A stretch of DNA of 25,311 nt from a virus (taxonomy: Duplodnaviria; Caudoviricetes), in the IMG/VR virus record IMGVR_UViG_3300006029_000082, positions 1-25,311 of that record; one strand, given 5' to 3'. Below, piece by piece: positions 17,510-25,272 of this stretch. The position numbers and the translations under genes are program-made. Position 1 is the stretch's first letter. Each line of letters begins with the position of its first letter. The notes under the pieces were generated by a model, which ran no database searches, was not told where the DNA came from, and saw only the letters and a list, made by a program, of their open reading frames with translations.

Positions 17510-17628
17510 TTAGAGAGATTTTTGAGACGTTAAGTTTGAAAACTTTTATCACAGAATTTTTAGGACTTTTTTGTTTGCTGGCTTCGGTTTTTATTTTCTT
17601 TTTTTGTGTCGAGCCGTTATTTACATGA
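17506..17628 (+). CDS. 40-aa single-TM peptide MIREIFETLSLKTFITEFLGLFCLLASVFIFFFCVEPLFT
   Basis: Translated by hand; ATGA overlaps at both ends, GGAG upstream. Confidence 0.6.
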   Translation: MIREIFETLSLKTFITEFLGLFCLLASVFIFFFCVEPLFT

Positions 17629-17792
17629 TTGATTTTTCAACGTGTCAAATGACCGATGTTCTTTTGCGAAAGAAACAATCTAAGTATTTAGAACTTATTT
17701 TGCTCGAAAAAGAACCCCGCCTAAAAACGGAAATAAGTAACGCAATGAAAAGCATTAATTCAGAAAAATTTAAAGTAGATACTTTTGCTTGA
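17625..17792 (+). CDS. Hypothetical protein (55 aa)
   Basis: ATGA coupling to the upstream peptide. Confidence 0.55.
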   Translation: MIDFSTCQMTDVLLRKKQSKYLELILLEKEPRLKTEISNAMKSINSEKFKVDTFA

Positions 17793-18081
17793 ACCACAAA
17801 TTTGCGACTGGTGCGGCTCTTGGACACGTCCAGAGTTTCACCAGTCCAAATATATTTGCGGAAGATGTCGGCGGCCCCTAGCTGATTGTTGCGACGGTGA
17901 GCAAGCCCAACCGGATTTGAAAGAATATAAACAAATGAATTGTTATTTTTGCGGGACACCTTTGACCTGGGGTGGCGATCACGATGTTGAAGATAGTGAG
18001 GATTACGACATGGAAACAAATTTAAGTTGCCAAGAGTGTAACGCATTTGTCCTCGTTTATAAGGCAATGGAAAATGATTAA
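17785..18081 (+). CDS. Double zinc-ribbon protein
   Basis: CDWC..CGRC..DCCDGE followed by MNCYFC..WGGDHD..TNLSCQEC. Confidence 0.7.
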   Translation: MLEPQICDWCGSWTRPEFHQSKYICGRCRRPLADCCDGEQAQPDLKEYKQMNCYFCGTPLTWGGDHDVEDSEDYDMETNLSCQECNAFVLVYKAMEND

Positions 18082-18100
18082 AAAATAAATAGGATTTAAT

Positions 18101-18361
18101 ATGACTGACAATGTAAATCACCCCCCTCATTATAATCAGGGTAATATCGAATGCCTGGATGCTATCGAATCAGCATTAACTGAAAGTGAATATATAGGGC
18201 ATTTAAAAGCAAATATTTTAAAATATATTTGGCGGCTTAATCTAAAGGGTGAGCCAATTGAAAATGCTGAAAAGGCCAATTTTTATTTATCTCGCTTAAT
18301 TTACAAACTTGGTGACGAAAATTTAATTGCTTACGTCAAAAGACGTGATAAAAATGGGTAA
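18101..18361 (+). CDS. DUF3310-family protein
   Basis: DNVNHPPHY..IECLDAI..NILKYIWR..KG..KA.FYL. Confidence 0.9.
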   Translation: MTDNVNHPPHYNQGNIECLDAIESALTESEYIGHLKANILKYIWRLNLKGEPIENAEKANFYLSRLIYKLGDENLIAYVKRRDKNG

Positions 18362-18893
18362 GCACTCAGACTTCCCCAGGCGACCGCGTGATTTTTATCC
18401 GACGCCATTTGAGGCTGTCGTTCCGCTATTAACTCATTTGGATGACCATACGCAATTTGATGAGCCGTGCGCTGGGAATGGAACGCTGATTAGCCATTTA
18501 GAGAGCCGTCAGCACATTTGCACACGGGCCACGGACATCGAGCCCAAAAGTAATATTATATCGACTGAGAACGCTTTAAAATTGACCGATTGTGCCGGAG
18601 ACTGCTTTATTACGAACCCCCCGTGGCCTATGCCAGGTCAAAATGGTGATCCAACCGTGAAGCTGGCGCAACATCTCAGCGACATCGCGCCGTGTTGGTT
18701 ATTGCTAAATGCCGACGTCATGCACAATAGATACTTTGGCAAACTATCGGATCGATGCATAAAGATCGTCTCGGTGGGAAGGGTAAGCTGGGAACAAAAC
18801 CGCATTAAGGGAAAAGAAAATTCGGCGTGGTTTTATTTTAACAAAAATTGTTTAAACAAATTTGCACCAATATTTTACGGGAGAGCGGCGTGA
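18354..18893 (+). CDS. Small N6-adenine DNA methyltransferase
   Basis: RDFYPTP, EPCAGNG (motif I), ITNPPW (motif IV). Confidence 0.85.
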   Translation: MGKHSDFPRRPRDFYPTPFEAVVPLLTHLDDHTQFDEPCAGNGTLISHLESRQHICTRATDIEPKSNIISTENALKLTDCAGDCFITNPPWPMPGQNGDPTVKLAQHLSDIAPCWLLLNADVMHNRYFGKLSDRCIKIVSVGRVSWEQNRIKGKENSAWFYFNKNCLNKFAPIFYGRAA

Positions 18894-19129
18894 ACGCGAA
18901 TCAACTCGCTGTAACAGCAAAACAGGCATTTGAACTTGTCGGCTGTAAAAATGAGCGGCAATTTCGGAATGAAGTTAAAAAGGGAATCTGGCCCAAACCT
19001 GCGATAACGAGGTCGCGTCCTATGCGTTGGAGCGTGTCGGAACTTCAACAAAGGTTGAAAAAAGAATCAAACCGCGCCACGATTGAAGATCACAAAAACG
19101 ATCTTGATGAAATGCTGGGATTAATTTAA
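18890..19129 (+). CDS. xis: Excisionase/AlpA-like protein
   Basis: GTG start overlapping the MTase stop; ..VKKGIWPKP..RW; coupled to integrase by TAATG. Confidence 0.7.
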   Translation: MNANQLAVTAKQAFELVGCKNERQFRNEVKKGIWPKPAITRSRPMRWSVSELQQRLKKESNRATIEDHKNDLDEMLGLI

Positions 19130-20358
19130 TGAAAAAAATTAGACATTTAATTTCGAAAAAAGACCACGGTTTTTATTGGCAGATCACGCCAGCTATGAAA
19201 AAGGCTGGCTTTAGAGCGCAAAATTTAGGCAAGGATAAAATTGCCGCCGAGATTAAAGCAGAAGAATTGAATTGCGAATGGGACAAATATAAACAAGCGG
19301 GTGAGCCACTTGAGCAAATGACCAACCGTGACTTCAACTCGTTGATACATCGATTTCAAAAAAACCCCACTTTTTATGGTGAACTATCTGGGGTGTATAA
19401 AGACGAATTAGATCGTGAATTTAAACTTATTGGCGACAAAATTGGAGCGGCAAAAGTTCACGCCTTACGAAGAAAACACGTCCGCACAATTTACGACGAC
19501 ATGAGTAATGCTGTCAGTATTAAAAAGGCAAATAAAAATTTTAAAGCGATACACCGCCTTCTTGCTTTTGCCGTTGAAATTGGCTGGGCTGATTTTAATG
19601 TTGCGACAGGCATGGAAAAAATATCGATAAAAGGTCGCTACCAAAAATATGAGCCGGATGAAATTAACTTATTAATGCGCGTTGCTTTAAATCGATACTT
19701 AGATTGCCGTGGCCCGTTGAATTGTTTGGCGGGTAGTACAATAAGAACCACGTCGCGTCGTTCACTTGCTATTGCAATTTCGATTGCTTATGACACCTCG
19801 CTCCCAAGGCAAGATATTTTAGCCCTAAAGTATTCCGATTTTGACGGTAAAGGATTTTCTCTACGTCAGTTAAAAAAACGCGGCGATAGAAATTTATATT
19901 TACCCGTAACACCAAGAACAATGGCCCTAGTATCACAGGGCGACGTCGTGCAACTAAAATCAGATCAACATATTTGCATTAACGAGGAAACTGGCAAACC
20001 CTGGGAACTTAAATTATTTTCAAAAGCATTTTTAAAATTGTCACGTCGCGCCGGATTACGATCTCAAAAAAATCAGCGGGAACAAGAAAAAGACGCTAGA
20101 ACTTTTCACGACATCCGCCGGACGGCTATGACCGAGATGGGCGACAACCAAGCAACCAATGTTGAGATAGCCGCGTTTTCTGGACACGCGCCAAACAGCA
20201 CGGCCTTAAATGATTATGTAAAGCCTGGGAAAAAAGCCGCCGTTAATGCTCTTAATAAAAGATTTAGCGACGAATCACAAAACGTGATATCCGACGAAAA
20301 TTCCGAAAAACCATCTGCGACAGTAACAACTCTCCACAAAACTTCAGACCACTCCTAA
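19129..20358 (+). CDS. int: Tyrosine integrase
   Basis: YDTSLPRQDIL, FHDIRRT, SGH, DY; adjacent to attP. Confidence 0.9.
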   Translation: MKKIRHLISKKDHGFYWQITPAMKKAGFRAQNLGKDKIAAEIKAEELNCEWDKYKQAGEPLEQMTNRDFNSLIHRFQKNPTFYGELSGVYKDELDREFKLIGDKIGAAKVHALRRKHVRTIYDDMSNAVSIKKANKNFKAIHRLLAFAVEIGWADFNVATGMEKISIKGRYQKYEPDEINLLMRVALNRYLDCRGPLNCLAGSTIRTTSRRSLAIAISIAYDTSLPRQDILALKYSDFDGKGFSLRQLKKRGDRNLYLPVTPRTMALVSQGDVVQLKSDQHICINEETGKPWELKLFSKAFLKLSRRAGLRSQKNQREQEKDARTFHDIRRTAMTEMGDNQATNVEIAAFSGHAPNSTALNDYVKPGKKAAVNALNKRFSDESQNVISDENSEKPSATVTTLHKTSDHS

Positions 20359-20363
20359 ATTTA

Positions 20364-20537
20364 AAAGTTGGAAGAAAGTTGGAAAAGTTGGAAGAGTGGG
20401 GCGAACGAGGGGACTTGAACCCCCAACCCCCGGCATCACAAGCCGGTGAATTTCCCAGACTTCTAGGCCTCTTCCCACTTTAAATACACTCCGTATACAC
20501 TCAGTGTACACATACCGACATCGTTAAAGTTGGAAGA
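20364..20537. repeat. Putative integrase arm-type and Xis binding sites
   Basis: AAAGTTGGAA at 20364, 20375, 20384, 20526 and an inverted 1-mismatch copy within 20471-20481; TACAC repeats at 20485, 20496, 20507 (11-bp period). Confidence 0.7.
20397..20448 (-). mobile_element. attP: attP core = 3' two-thirds of tRNA-His(GTG)
   Basis: CA-CCGGC-TTGTGAT-GCCGG-GGGTT-GGGGG-TTCAAGT-CCCCT-CGTTCGC-C-CCA; D-arm and 5' acceptor strand absent. Confidence 0.9.
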
Positions 20538-20563
20538 AATTATCTAAAATCATTTGAAAATTA

Positions 20564-20615
20564 ATATCATATTTCCTGATATTTTAGTTGACATAGTGTG
20601 ACAAGTCACTATAAT
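20564..20615 (+). promoter_or_regulatory. Consensus sigma70 promoter with two operator-like palindromes
   Basis: ATATCA-N7-TGATAT 20564-20582; TTGACA 20588, 16-bp spacer with GTGACAAGTCAC (20598-20609), TATAAT 20610. Confidence 0.85.
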
Positions 20616-20652
20616 CAGGGGCAAGACAACGAAATAACTTGGAGAACAACTA

Positions 20653-20832
20653 ATGGAAAGTATTAATTTTACAGATTTTATTCAAGATTGGGACGAGTCA
20701 TTAAACGCACGTTATGGTTACAATCAAGAAACTTTAGATGCAATTCAACAAGGAGAAGCAGAATTTGAAAATTATTGGAGGTTTCAACCTGGAGGACGGG
20801 AAGGTCTTATTGATGCACGGCGGTATCGTTAA
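20653..20832 (+). CDS. 59-aa acidic protein MESINFTDFIQDWDESLNARYGYNQETLDAIQQGEAEFENYWRFQPGGREGLIDARRYR
   Basis: Translated by hand; GGAG RBS; first gene after the promoter; missed by the ORF track. Confidence 0.75.
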   Translation: MESINFTDFIQDWDESLNARYGYNQETLDAIQQGEAEFENYWRFQPGGREGLIDARRYR

Positions 20833-20849
20833 CCCCCTCCACATATCCC

Positions 20850-20890
20850 ACCAGCCCCTGGCTATTAAATTAGCAGGGGCATTTCGGGTA
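20850..20890 (+). repeat. Structured intergenic repeat, copy 1
   Basis: ACCAGCCCCTG-GCTATTAAATTAG-CAGGGGC-ATTTCGGGTA. Confidence 0.7.
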
Positions 20891-20918
20891 ACAGAAACTT
20901 TAACCAGGAGAATAACTA

Positions 20919-21182
20919 ATGAATAAACTTTTAAACTTGGTACCAAAAAAATACCAATACATGGTAGAGGTTGTTGAAGAATCTTGCGGCGTTGTTGAAG
21001 TGGTTTTGAAGGAAGGTTACGAATATGACGTTGGATCAAGTTTAGCTTGTTACGAGAGATGTGATCCAGATTTTTGTAATGCTGACGGGACTGAGTCCGA
21101 ATACAAAATTAAGAAATGTATCGCTGATGACATTTCATTTACGGTCGAAATACCTACCGCCGAATGGCGCAAAAATCATTAA
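20919..21182 (+). CDS. Acidic hypothetical protein (87 aa)
   Basis: AGGAG RBS. Confidence 0.75.
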   Translation: MNKLLNLVPKKYQYMVEVVEESCGVVEVVLKEGYEYDVGSSLACYERCDPDFCNADGTESEYKIKKCIADDISFTVEIPTAEWRKNH

Positions 21183-21200
21183 TCGGGGGTAACACCCCCT

Positions 21201-21242
21201 ACCAGCCCCTGACAACTTTACGTTGCAGGGGCTTTTCGGGTA
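21201..21242 (+). repeat. Structured intergenic repeat, copy 2
   Basis: ACCAGCCCCTG-ACAACTTTACGTTG-CAGGGGC-TTTTCGGGTA. Confidence 0.7.
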
Positions 21243-21274
21243 GAATTAACATAAATCAAATAGGAGCAAGAATA

Positions 21275-21583
21275 ATGCAAAAATTAAATATTTGGGAAAA
21301 TCCAAAAAATGGCGAAAAAAGAATTTATTGCAATGATGGGCAGATTGCCAAAGTTTGGATTGAAAAATGCGAGCCTAATAATTGGGGAGAAGATTACCAA
21401 ATAAAATTTCGGTCAAATGATCCAATGGAATTTAACCACCAACATCGTGAAGGTTGTGGCACATTTACCGATATGGCGAACAACGTATTTTGTTATGCAG
21501 TTGGTGCAACGCCATCAACTCCATCAAACGAGCTTCCTAAAAGTTTTAACGACTTGATACAATTAGCAAAGGAGCAAGAATAA
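21275..21583 (+). CDS. Hypothetical protein (102 aa)
   Basis: TAGGAG RBS before ATG 21275; W.....KRIY.N motif. Confidence 0.75.
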   Translation: MQKLNIWENPKNGEKRIYCNDGQIAKVWIEKCEPNNWGEDYQIKFRSNDPMEFNHQHREGCGTFTDMANNVFCYAVGATPSTPSNELPKSFNDLIQLAKEQE

Positions 21584-21765
21584 TGGCAATGACAGTTGCT
21601 GAACGAAAAGACGTAAGCCGAAAAAATCGTGTTGAAAATAAAATTTACGAAATTAAGGGTGAAAAGGTAGGTGTAAAAGAAATAACAATTAATTGCCTCG
21701 ATCACCCCGAAGCTAGAAAAAAGGTTAAAGACTTTTCTCAAAAACTTATTGATCAGGCGCGTTAA
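21583..21765 (+). CDS. Small basic protein, possible RHH-like regulator
   Basis: MAMTVAERK..R N-terminus followed by a beta-strand and helix; AAGGAG RBS. Confidence 0.55.
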   Translation: MAMTVAERKDVSRKNRVENKIYEIKGEKVGVKEITINCLDHPEARKKVKDFSQKLIDQAR

Positions 21766-21784
21766 TTCGCGCCTTTTCTTTTTC
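21755..21784 (+). terminator. Intrinsic terminator
   Basis: AGGCGCG-TTAATT-CGCGCCT-TTTCTTTTT. Confidence 0.8.
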
Positions 21785-21875
21785 TATAACCCACAGTGTG
21801 TCTCCAAAAACTTCTAAACAAATATCGCTCGTGACCCCAAAACCTAAAAAACCAACTATGGTATCGCACTTAAAC

Positions 21876-22322
21876 TTAACTCCTTAAAAATAATAAGCGT
21901 TCTGACTCTCTCCGTAAAACTAATCCACGAAGCCGTTTTCCCGATGCACGATTCCACCTGATCATCTCATTAATACAACCAGTGTAATCAAATCGATTTA
22001 ACTTTAATCTTGCCGTACTTCGTTGCCACGACCCGCTCCCTAAATTATATATCCAGGAGCAAATTGCACTAAACTGATTTTCTGATAATGGGACTTTTAC
22101 CATACGGTGAATTGCCTTTTCCGCACTTTGCAGATCACGCTTTAAAAGTTTTTCTGCGTCTTCTCGACTAATGGGATTTTCATTCCCCGTTAATCTTTTA
22201 CCATCAAAGCCCCTGGTACTTCCAAATCCATATGTTTTTCGATGTCCACTACATATATATATATCAGAGCGAAAGCCCTCGTAAGTTTTCACCAAATCTA
22301 ACCCAGCCTGATTAATCTTCAT
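21876..22322 (-). CDS. Endolysin, GH24 lysozyme
   Basis: YEGFRSDIYICSGHRKTYGFG (E-x8-C-x5-T), NQFSAI, YNLG, GLVLRRESE. Confidence 0.92.
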   Translation of the reverse strand: MKINQAGLDLVKTYEGFRSDIYICSGHRKTYGFGSTRGFDGKRLTGNENPISREDAEKLLKRDLQSAEKAIHRMVKVPLSENQFSAICSWIYNLGSGSWQRSTARLKLNRFDYTGCINEMIRWNRASGKRLRGLVLRRESERLLFLRS

Positions 22323-22762
22323 TTATTGCGGATGGCCCTAGAGCCAAACCAAAATGACAGTATTGCCGCCCATAAAGAATTAATATCTTGAGACCAAATA
22401 ATTTGCAACGCGTCTCCGGCATTGGTGCCAGCGTTAATCAAAGAAAATAATGCAACTATTTCTACAGTAACAAATAAAGCGAGGAATACATAAGTCACGA
22501 CGGGTCGAACTGAGCCTCGCAGACCATCGATAAAACCGACGCCTGTCAGCTTATCGTGTTGATGCAGGCTCTGAATTTCTTTTATATCAGCTTCGGCATT
22601 TATTTCTTCTAACCTTTCCCCGTGTCCCTGAGACTGCGCCTTCATCTGCATTTCTAATACTTTTAGCTCGTGAGACTTGTCAGAACGATCAGTAAAAATT
22701 TCAAATACTTTAGGAAGCATTGAGCTACCAAAACCAAGTAGACTTCCGAGAAGTGTAATCAT
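22319..22762 (-). CDS. Putative holin (GTA 3TM-holin-like)
   Basis: Hydrophobic N-terminus, LRGSVRPVVTY, TM segments, FWFGSR; directly upstream of the endolysin. Confidence 0.7.
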   Translation of the reverse strand: MITLLGSLLGFGSSMLPKVFEIFTDRSDKSHELKVLEMQMKAQSQGHGERLEEINAEADIKEIQSLHQHDKLTGVGFIDGLRGSVRPVVTYVFLALFVTVEIVALFSLINAGTNAGDALQIIWSQDINSLWAAILSFWFGSRAIRNK

Positions 22763-23061
22763 GTTTGACTCTCCAATAATAAAACGTCAGCCACAAATCC
22801 GGCAATTGACACTGGTTGACCATCGTCAGTTCTTGATGCTCTGGAAGCAAAATAAGAGGGCTGTATGCCGTCTTGCAAAGCGCGTGACCGCTCAATGCAA
22901 ATATCAGACAATAACGCCTGTGCTGAACTTCCAATCTTTGGCCCTGCCGCAAAGACCTCACATATTTCTAAATTTTCGGGATCGTATCCGATGGAAACGT
23001 GTACTTTATTATTCTCATACTCAGCAGTATGCGTTATACATATTCTTCTATTCGGTAACAT
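22759..23061 (-). CDS. Stand-alone TSCPD/NrdJ C-terminal-like domain protein
   Basis: LPNRR..EVF..G.K.GS..ALLSD..SRALQDG. Confidence 0.65.
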   Translation of the reverse strand: MLPNRRICITHTAEYENNKVHVSIGYDPENLEICEVFAAGPKIGSSAQALLSDICIERSRALQDGIQPSYFASRASRTDDGQPVSIAGFVADVLLLESQT

Positions 23062-23068
23062 TTTTACC

Positions 23069-24169
23069 TCAAATAATCATTTCGGGGGTTACATAATTTG
23101 ATGCGACTTGACCAAATTTTTTATGGTAGGTTGTAGATTCTGCTTTTCGTTCTGAAAAATAAGATAGCCTTTTAGAATAAGCATCTTTACTTGCCAGTGT
23201 TCGATGCTGAGTTACTGTCATTCCCATATCTTCTTTGACCTGGGCGTGATGAAGGTGACCGCAATGAGCGTATCGATATTTTGTCTTACCCCAAATTTCT
23301 GGGAATGTTGCCGCAAACACTGAAGTCAAAGTAGAAAACTTTTTTAAATGACCGTGGTGAAAAGCAAGCATTGTATCGCCGTGATGGTGGACGTAGTAAG
23401 GAAGGTCGCTTGTATCAATTGTCACCCTGGGGTTATCTTCATACAAGGCGTCAAACATATGGCGCAACCAAATCGACGACGTAATGTCGTGGTTGCCCTC
23501 CGCCATAATAACGTGGACGTTTTCATGTTTAGTAAGTGACGCGTCTACAACTCGTCGTAATAACTTTATTGACGATGCAATAATATTATTAGGCTCACCA
23601 TCGCTATTTAGTTGGTGTCCGGATAAAGGTGTTTCACTTCTCAATCCAGGGTAATCAGAATGCAAAAAATCGCCAAGCTGACAGATAATCGCCGTGTGTG
23701 CTTTCGGCGAATTGTTTATCATTTCCGAAAAACAATTTATTAAAACATCTTCCGCCGTTTTATTGTCCCAGTCATCACCGAGCATCCCCAAATGGAAATC
23801 TGTTAAGGTATACAAATTTAATAAATCTGGTAGCGATTGTGCTGGGCAATTAATTGGTTTTAATCGTGGCAAATTTTCTGACATTGCCAAAACGCCATCA
23901 CGAAAAATTTGCTCTTGTTTTTCTTTGTCGGCTGTAGTTTTTACCCAGGTTAATTTTACTTCACCTTCAGCATCGTAGAGCGTGCTTTCACCTAAAATTT
24001 TTAAACTAGCGTTTGGAGAATTGAGACTGGAACCAATTCTACTTTCAATTGACCGACGTCGAGAAAACACACTTCGGACACTTGTTTCTAAAATTTTACT
24101 TAGCTCAGTTGCTCCGTGTTTTTGAAATAGTTTAATAAACTCATCATCTGAACATTTTGCTAGGGCCAT
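23069..24169 (-). CDS. Calcineurin-like metallophosphoesterase with N-terminal HTH
   Basis: TDFHLG, LGDFLH, EGNHD, HHGH, GHLHH. Confidence 0.85.
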   Translation of the reverse strand: MALAKCSDDEFIKLFQKHGATELSKILETSVRSVFSRRRSIESRIGSSLNSPNASLKILGESTLYDAEGEVKLTWVKTTADKEKQEQIFRDGVLAMSENLPRLKPINCPAQSLPDLLNLYTLTDFHLGMLGDDWDNKTAEDVLINCFSEMINNSPKAHTAIICQLGDFLHSDYPGLRSETPLSGHQLNSDGEPNNIIASSIKLLRRVVDASLTKHENVHVIMAEGNHDITSSIWLRHMFDALYEDNPRVTIDTSDLPYYVHHHGDTMLAFHHGHLKKFSTLTSVFAATFPEIWGKTKYRYAHCGHLHHAQVKEDMGMTVTQHRTLASKDAYSKRLSYFSERKAESTTYHKKFGQVASNYVTPEMII

Positions 24170-24181
24170 AAATAAGATTCC

Positions 24182-24418
24182 TTAAATTGCTTTTTCCTCT
24201 ATTTTTCCCTCACCATCTTTTTTTTCTTTTTTAACTTTGACGCAACCAGCCCTTGCCTCAACAATAACGTGCTTGCCTTGGTAGATAACTTTTATAATAT
24301 TTGCCCCTCGTAAGAGGCACTCTGAAAATGTTTTTGTGGGTGGCAATGGATCATTAATAATAGTCGGGATGCCAACTTCTCCGGTGTAAATAAATAGGAA
24401 CACTACAGCTTTAAACAT
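24182..24418 (-). CDS. Small hypothetical protein with hydrophobic N-terminus and Cys pair
   Basis: GGAG RBS; 78 aa. Confidence 0.65.
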   Translation of the reverse strand: MFKAVVFLFIYTGEVGIPTIINDPLPPTKTFSECLLRGANIIKVIYQGKHVIVEARAGCVKVKKEKKDGEGKIEEKAI

Positions 24419-24421
24419 TAT

Positions 24422-24772
24422 TTACTCCACAGTTGGATGTTTTCCGTTGTGCATTTTTTCTATCTTAGACAGTCTATCATCATTGTTTGTGACCATAACA
24501 AGAATACGTTCTAACTCTCTATTATTTCGTTCTAGCCTCTCTGGTGACATAATCCCCGACAAAACATGGGTCTTCTGTGCGTTCAAATCTATAAGATTTT
24601 CTTGGCGATCAGTTCTTTTATCTAGGTCTCTAAGTCGATCTTCGTAATCACGAGTTATTTTTTCTAACTGTTGTATAACCGCAGATAGTTTTTGCTTAAC
24701 TATCGCCGCCGCTGACACAATGCTTACCAGCATACCGCCTACGGTTATTATTAACTTCGCATCAATCTCCAC
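24422..24772 (-). CDS. Membrane-anchored coiled-coil protein
   Basis: N-terminal TM helix then heptads; position between tail and lysis genes. Confidence 0.7.
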   Translation of the reverse strand: MEIDAKLIITVGGMLVSIVSAAAIVKQKLSAVIQQLEKITRDYEDRLRDLDKRTDRQENLIDLNAQKTHVLSGIMSPERLERNNRELERILVMVTNNDDRLSKIEKMHNGKHPTVE

Positions 24773-24777
24773 TTGGC

Positions 24778-25272
24778 TTACTCAGGAGCGGGGTATTTTG
24801 ATTTAACTGCCTGACGTTTTACTTCCAGAGCATCTGCATCAGTTGCACGACCTTCTACCTCTTTTTCCCACAGAGCTACCATTAGCTCGTCTACACTAGG
24901 GTATGCGTTTTGACGGTATGCTTTATAATTGTCTGCATAGAACTCATCGTATGTTGGAACACCGTCTGAGTTTTTACCGTCTTTGTCAGTTCCTTGGTAG
25001 ATAACTTCTGCTGGCACTGTTGGCTCTTTGTATTTGGTAATGCGTTTCCACTTACCGTCTTTGTACTCAGGGTGGGGGGTGTTAGCTATCTGACTCCCTG
25101 TACCCTCAGAGACTTCTTCGACTTCTCTGATGAAGTAAACTGTCCCACCTTCATCGTATAACTGCTCGTCTACCTTGGCGTTGCTTGTCATACCACCGTC
25201 AGGTCTTTTGACTACAGACAGATTGTGCAAGATCGCTACTTGTTGGTTATTTTTGTTTTCTATTACGTACAT
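24778..25272 (-). CDS. Putative tail-fibre assembly/accessory protein
   Basis: C-terminal YKAYRQNAYPS..L..AL....VKSKYP pattern; GGAGG RBS. Confidence 0.55.
   Translation of the reverse strand: MYVIENKNNQQVAILHNLSVVKRPDGGMTSNAKVDEQLYDEGGTVYFIREVEEVSEGTGSQIANTPHPEYKDGKWKRITKYKEPTVPAEVIYQGTDKDGKNSDGVPTYDEFYADNYKAYRQNAYPSVDELMVALWEKEVEGRATDADALEVKRQAVKSKYPAPE

Noticed and set aside
20397-20470. Complete tRNA-His gene
   Set aside because: No D-arm or 5' acceptor strand (GCGAACG) upstream; it is an att core
20734-21039. ORFs 20738-20926(+) and 20734-21039(-)
   Set aside because: They overlap the better-supported 20653-20832 gene and cross the structured repeat
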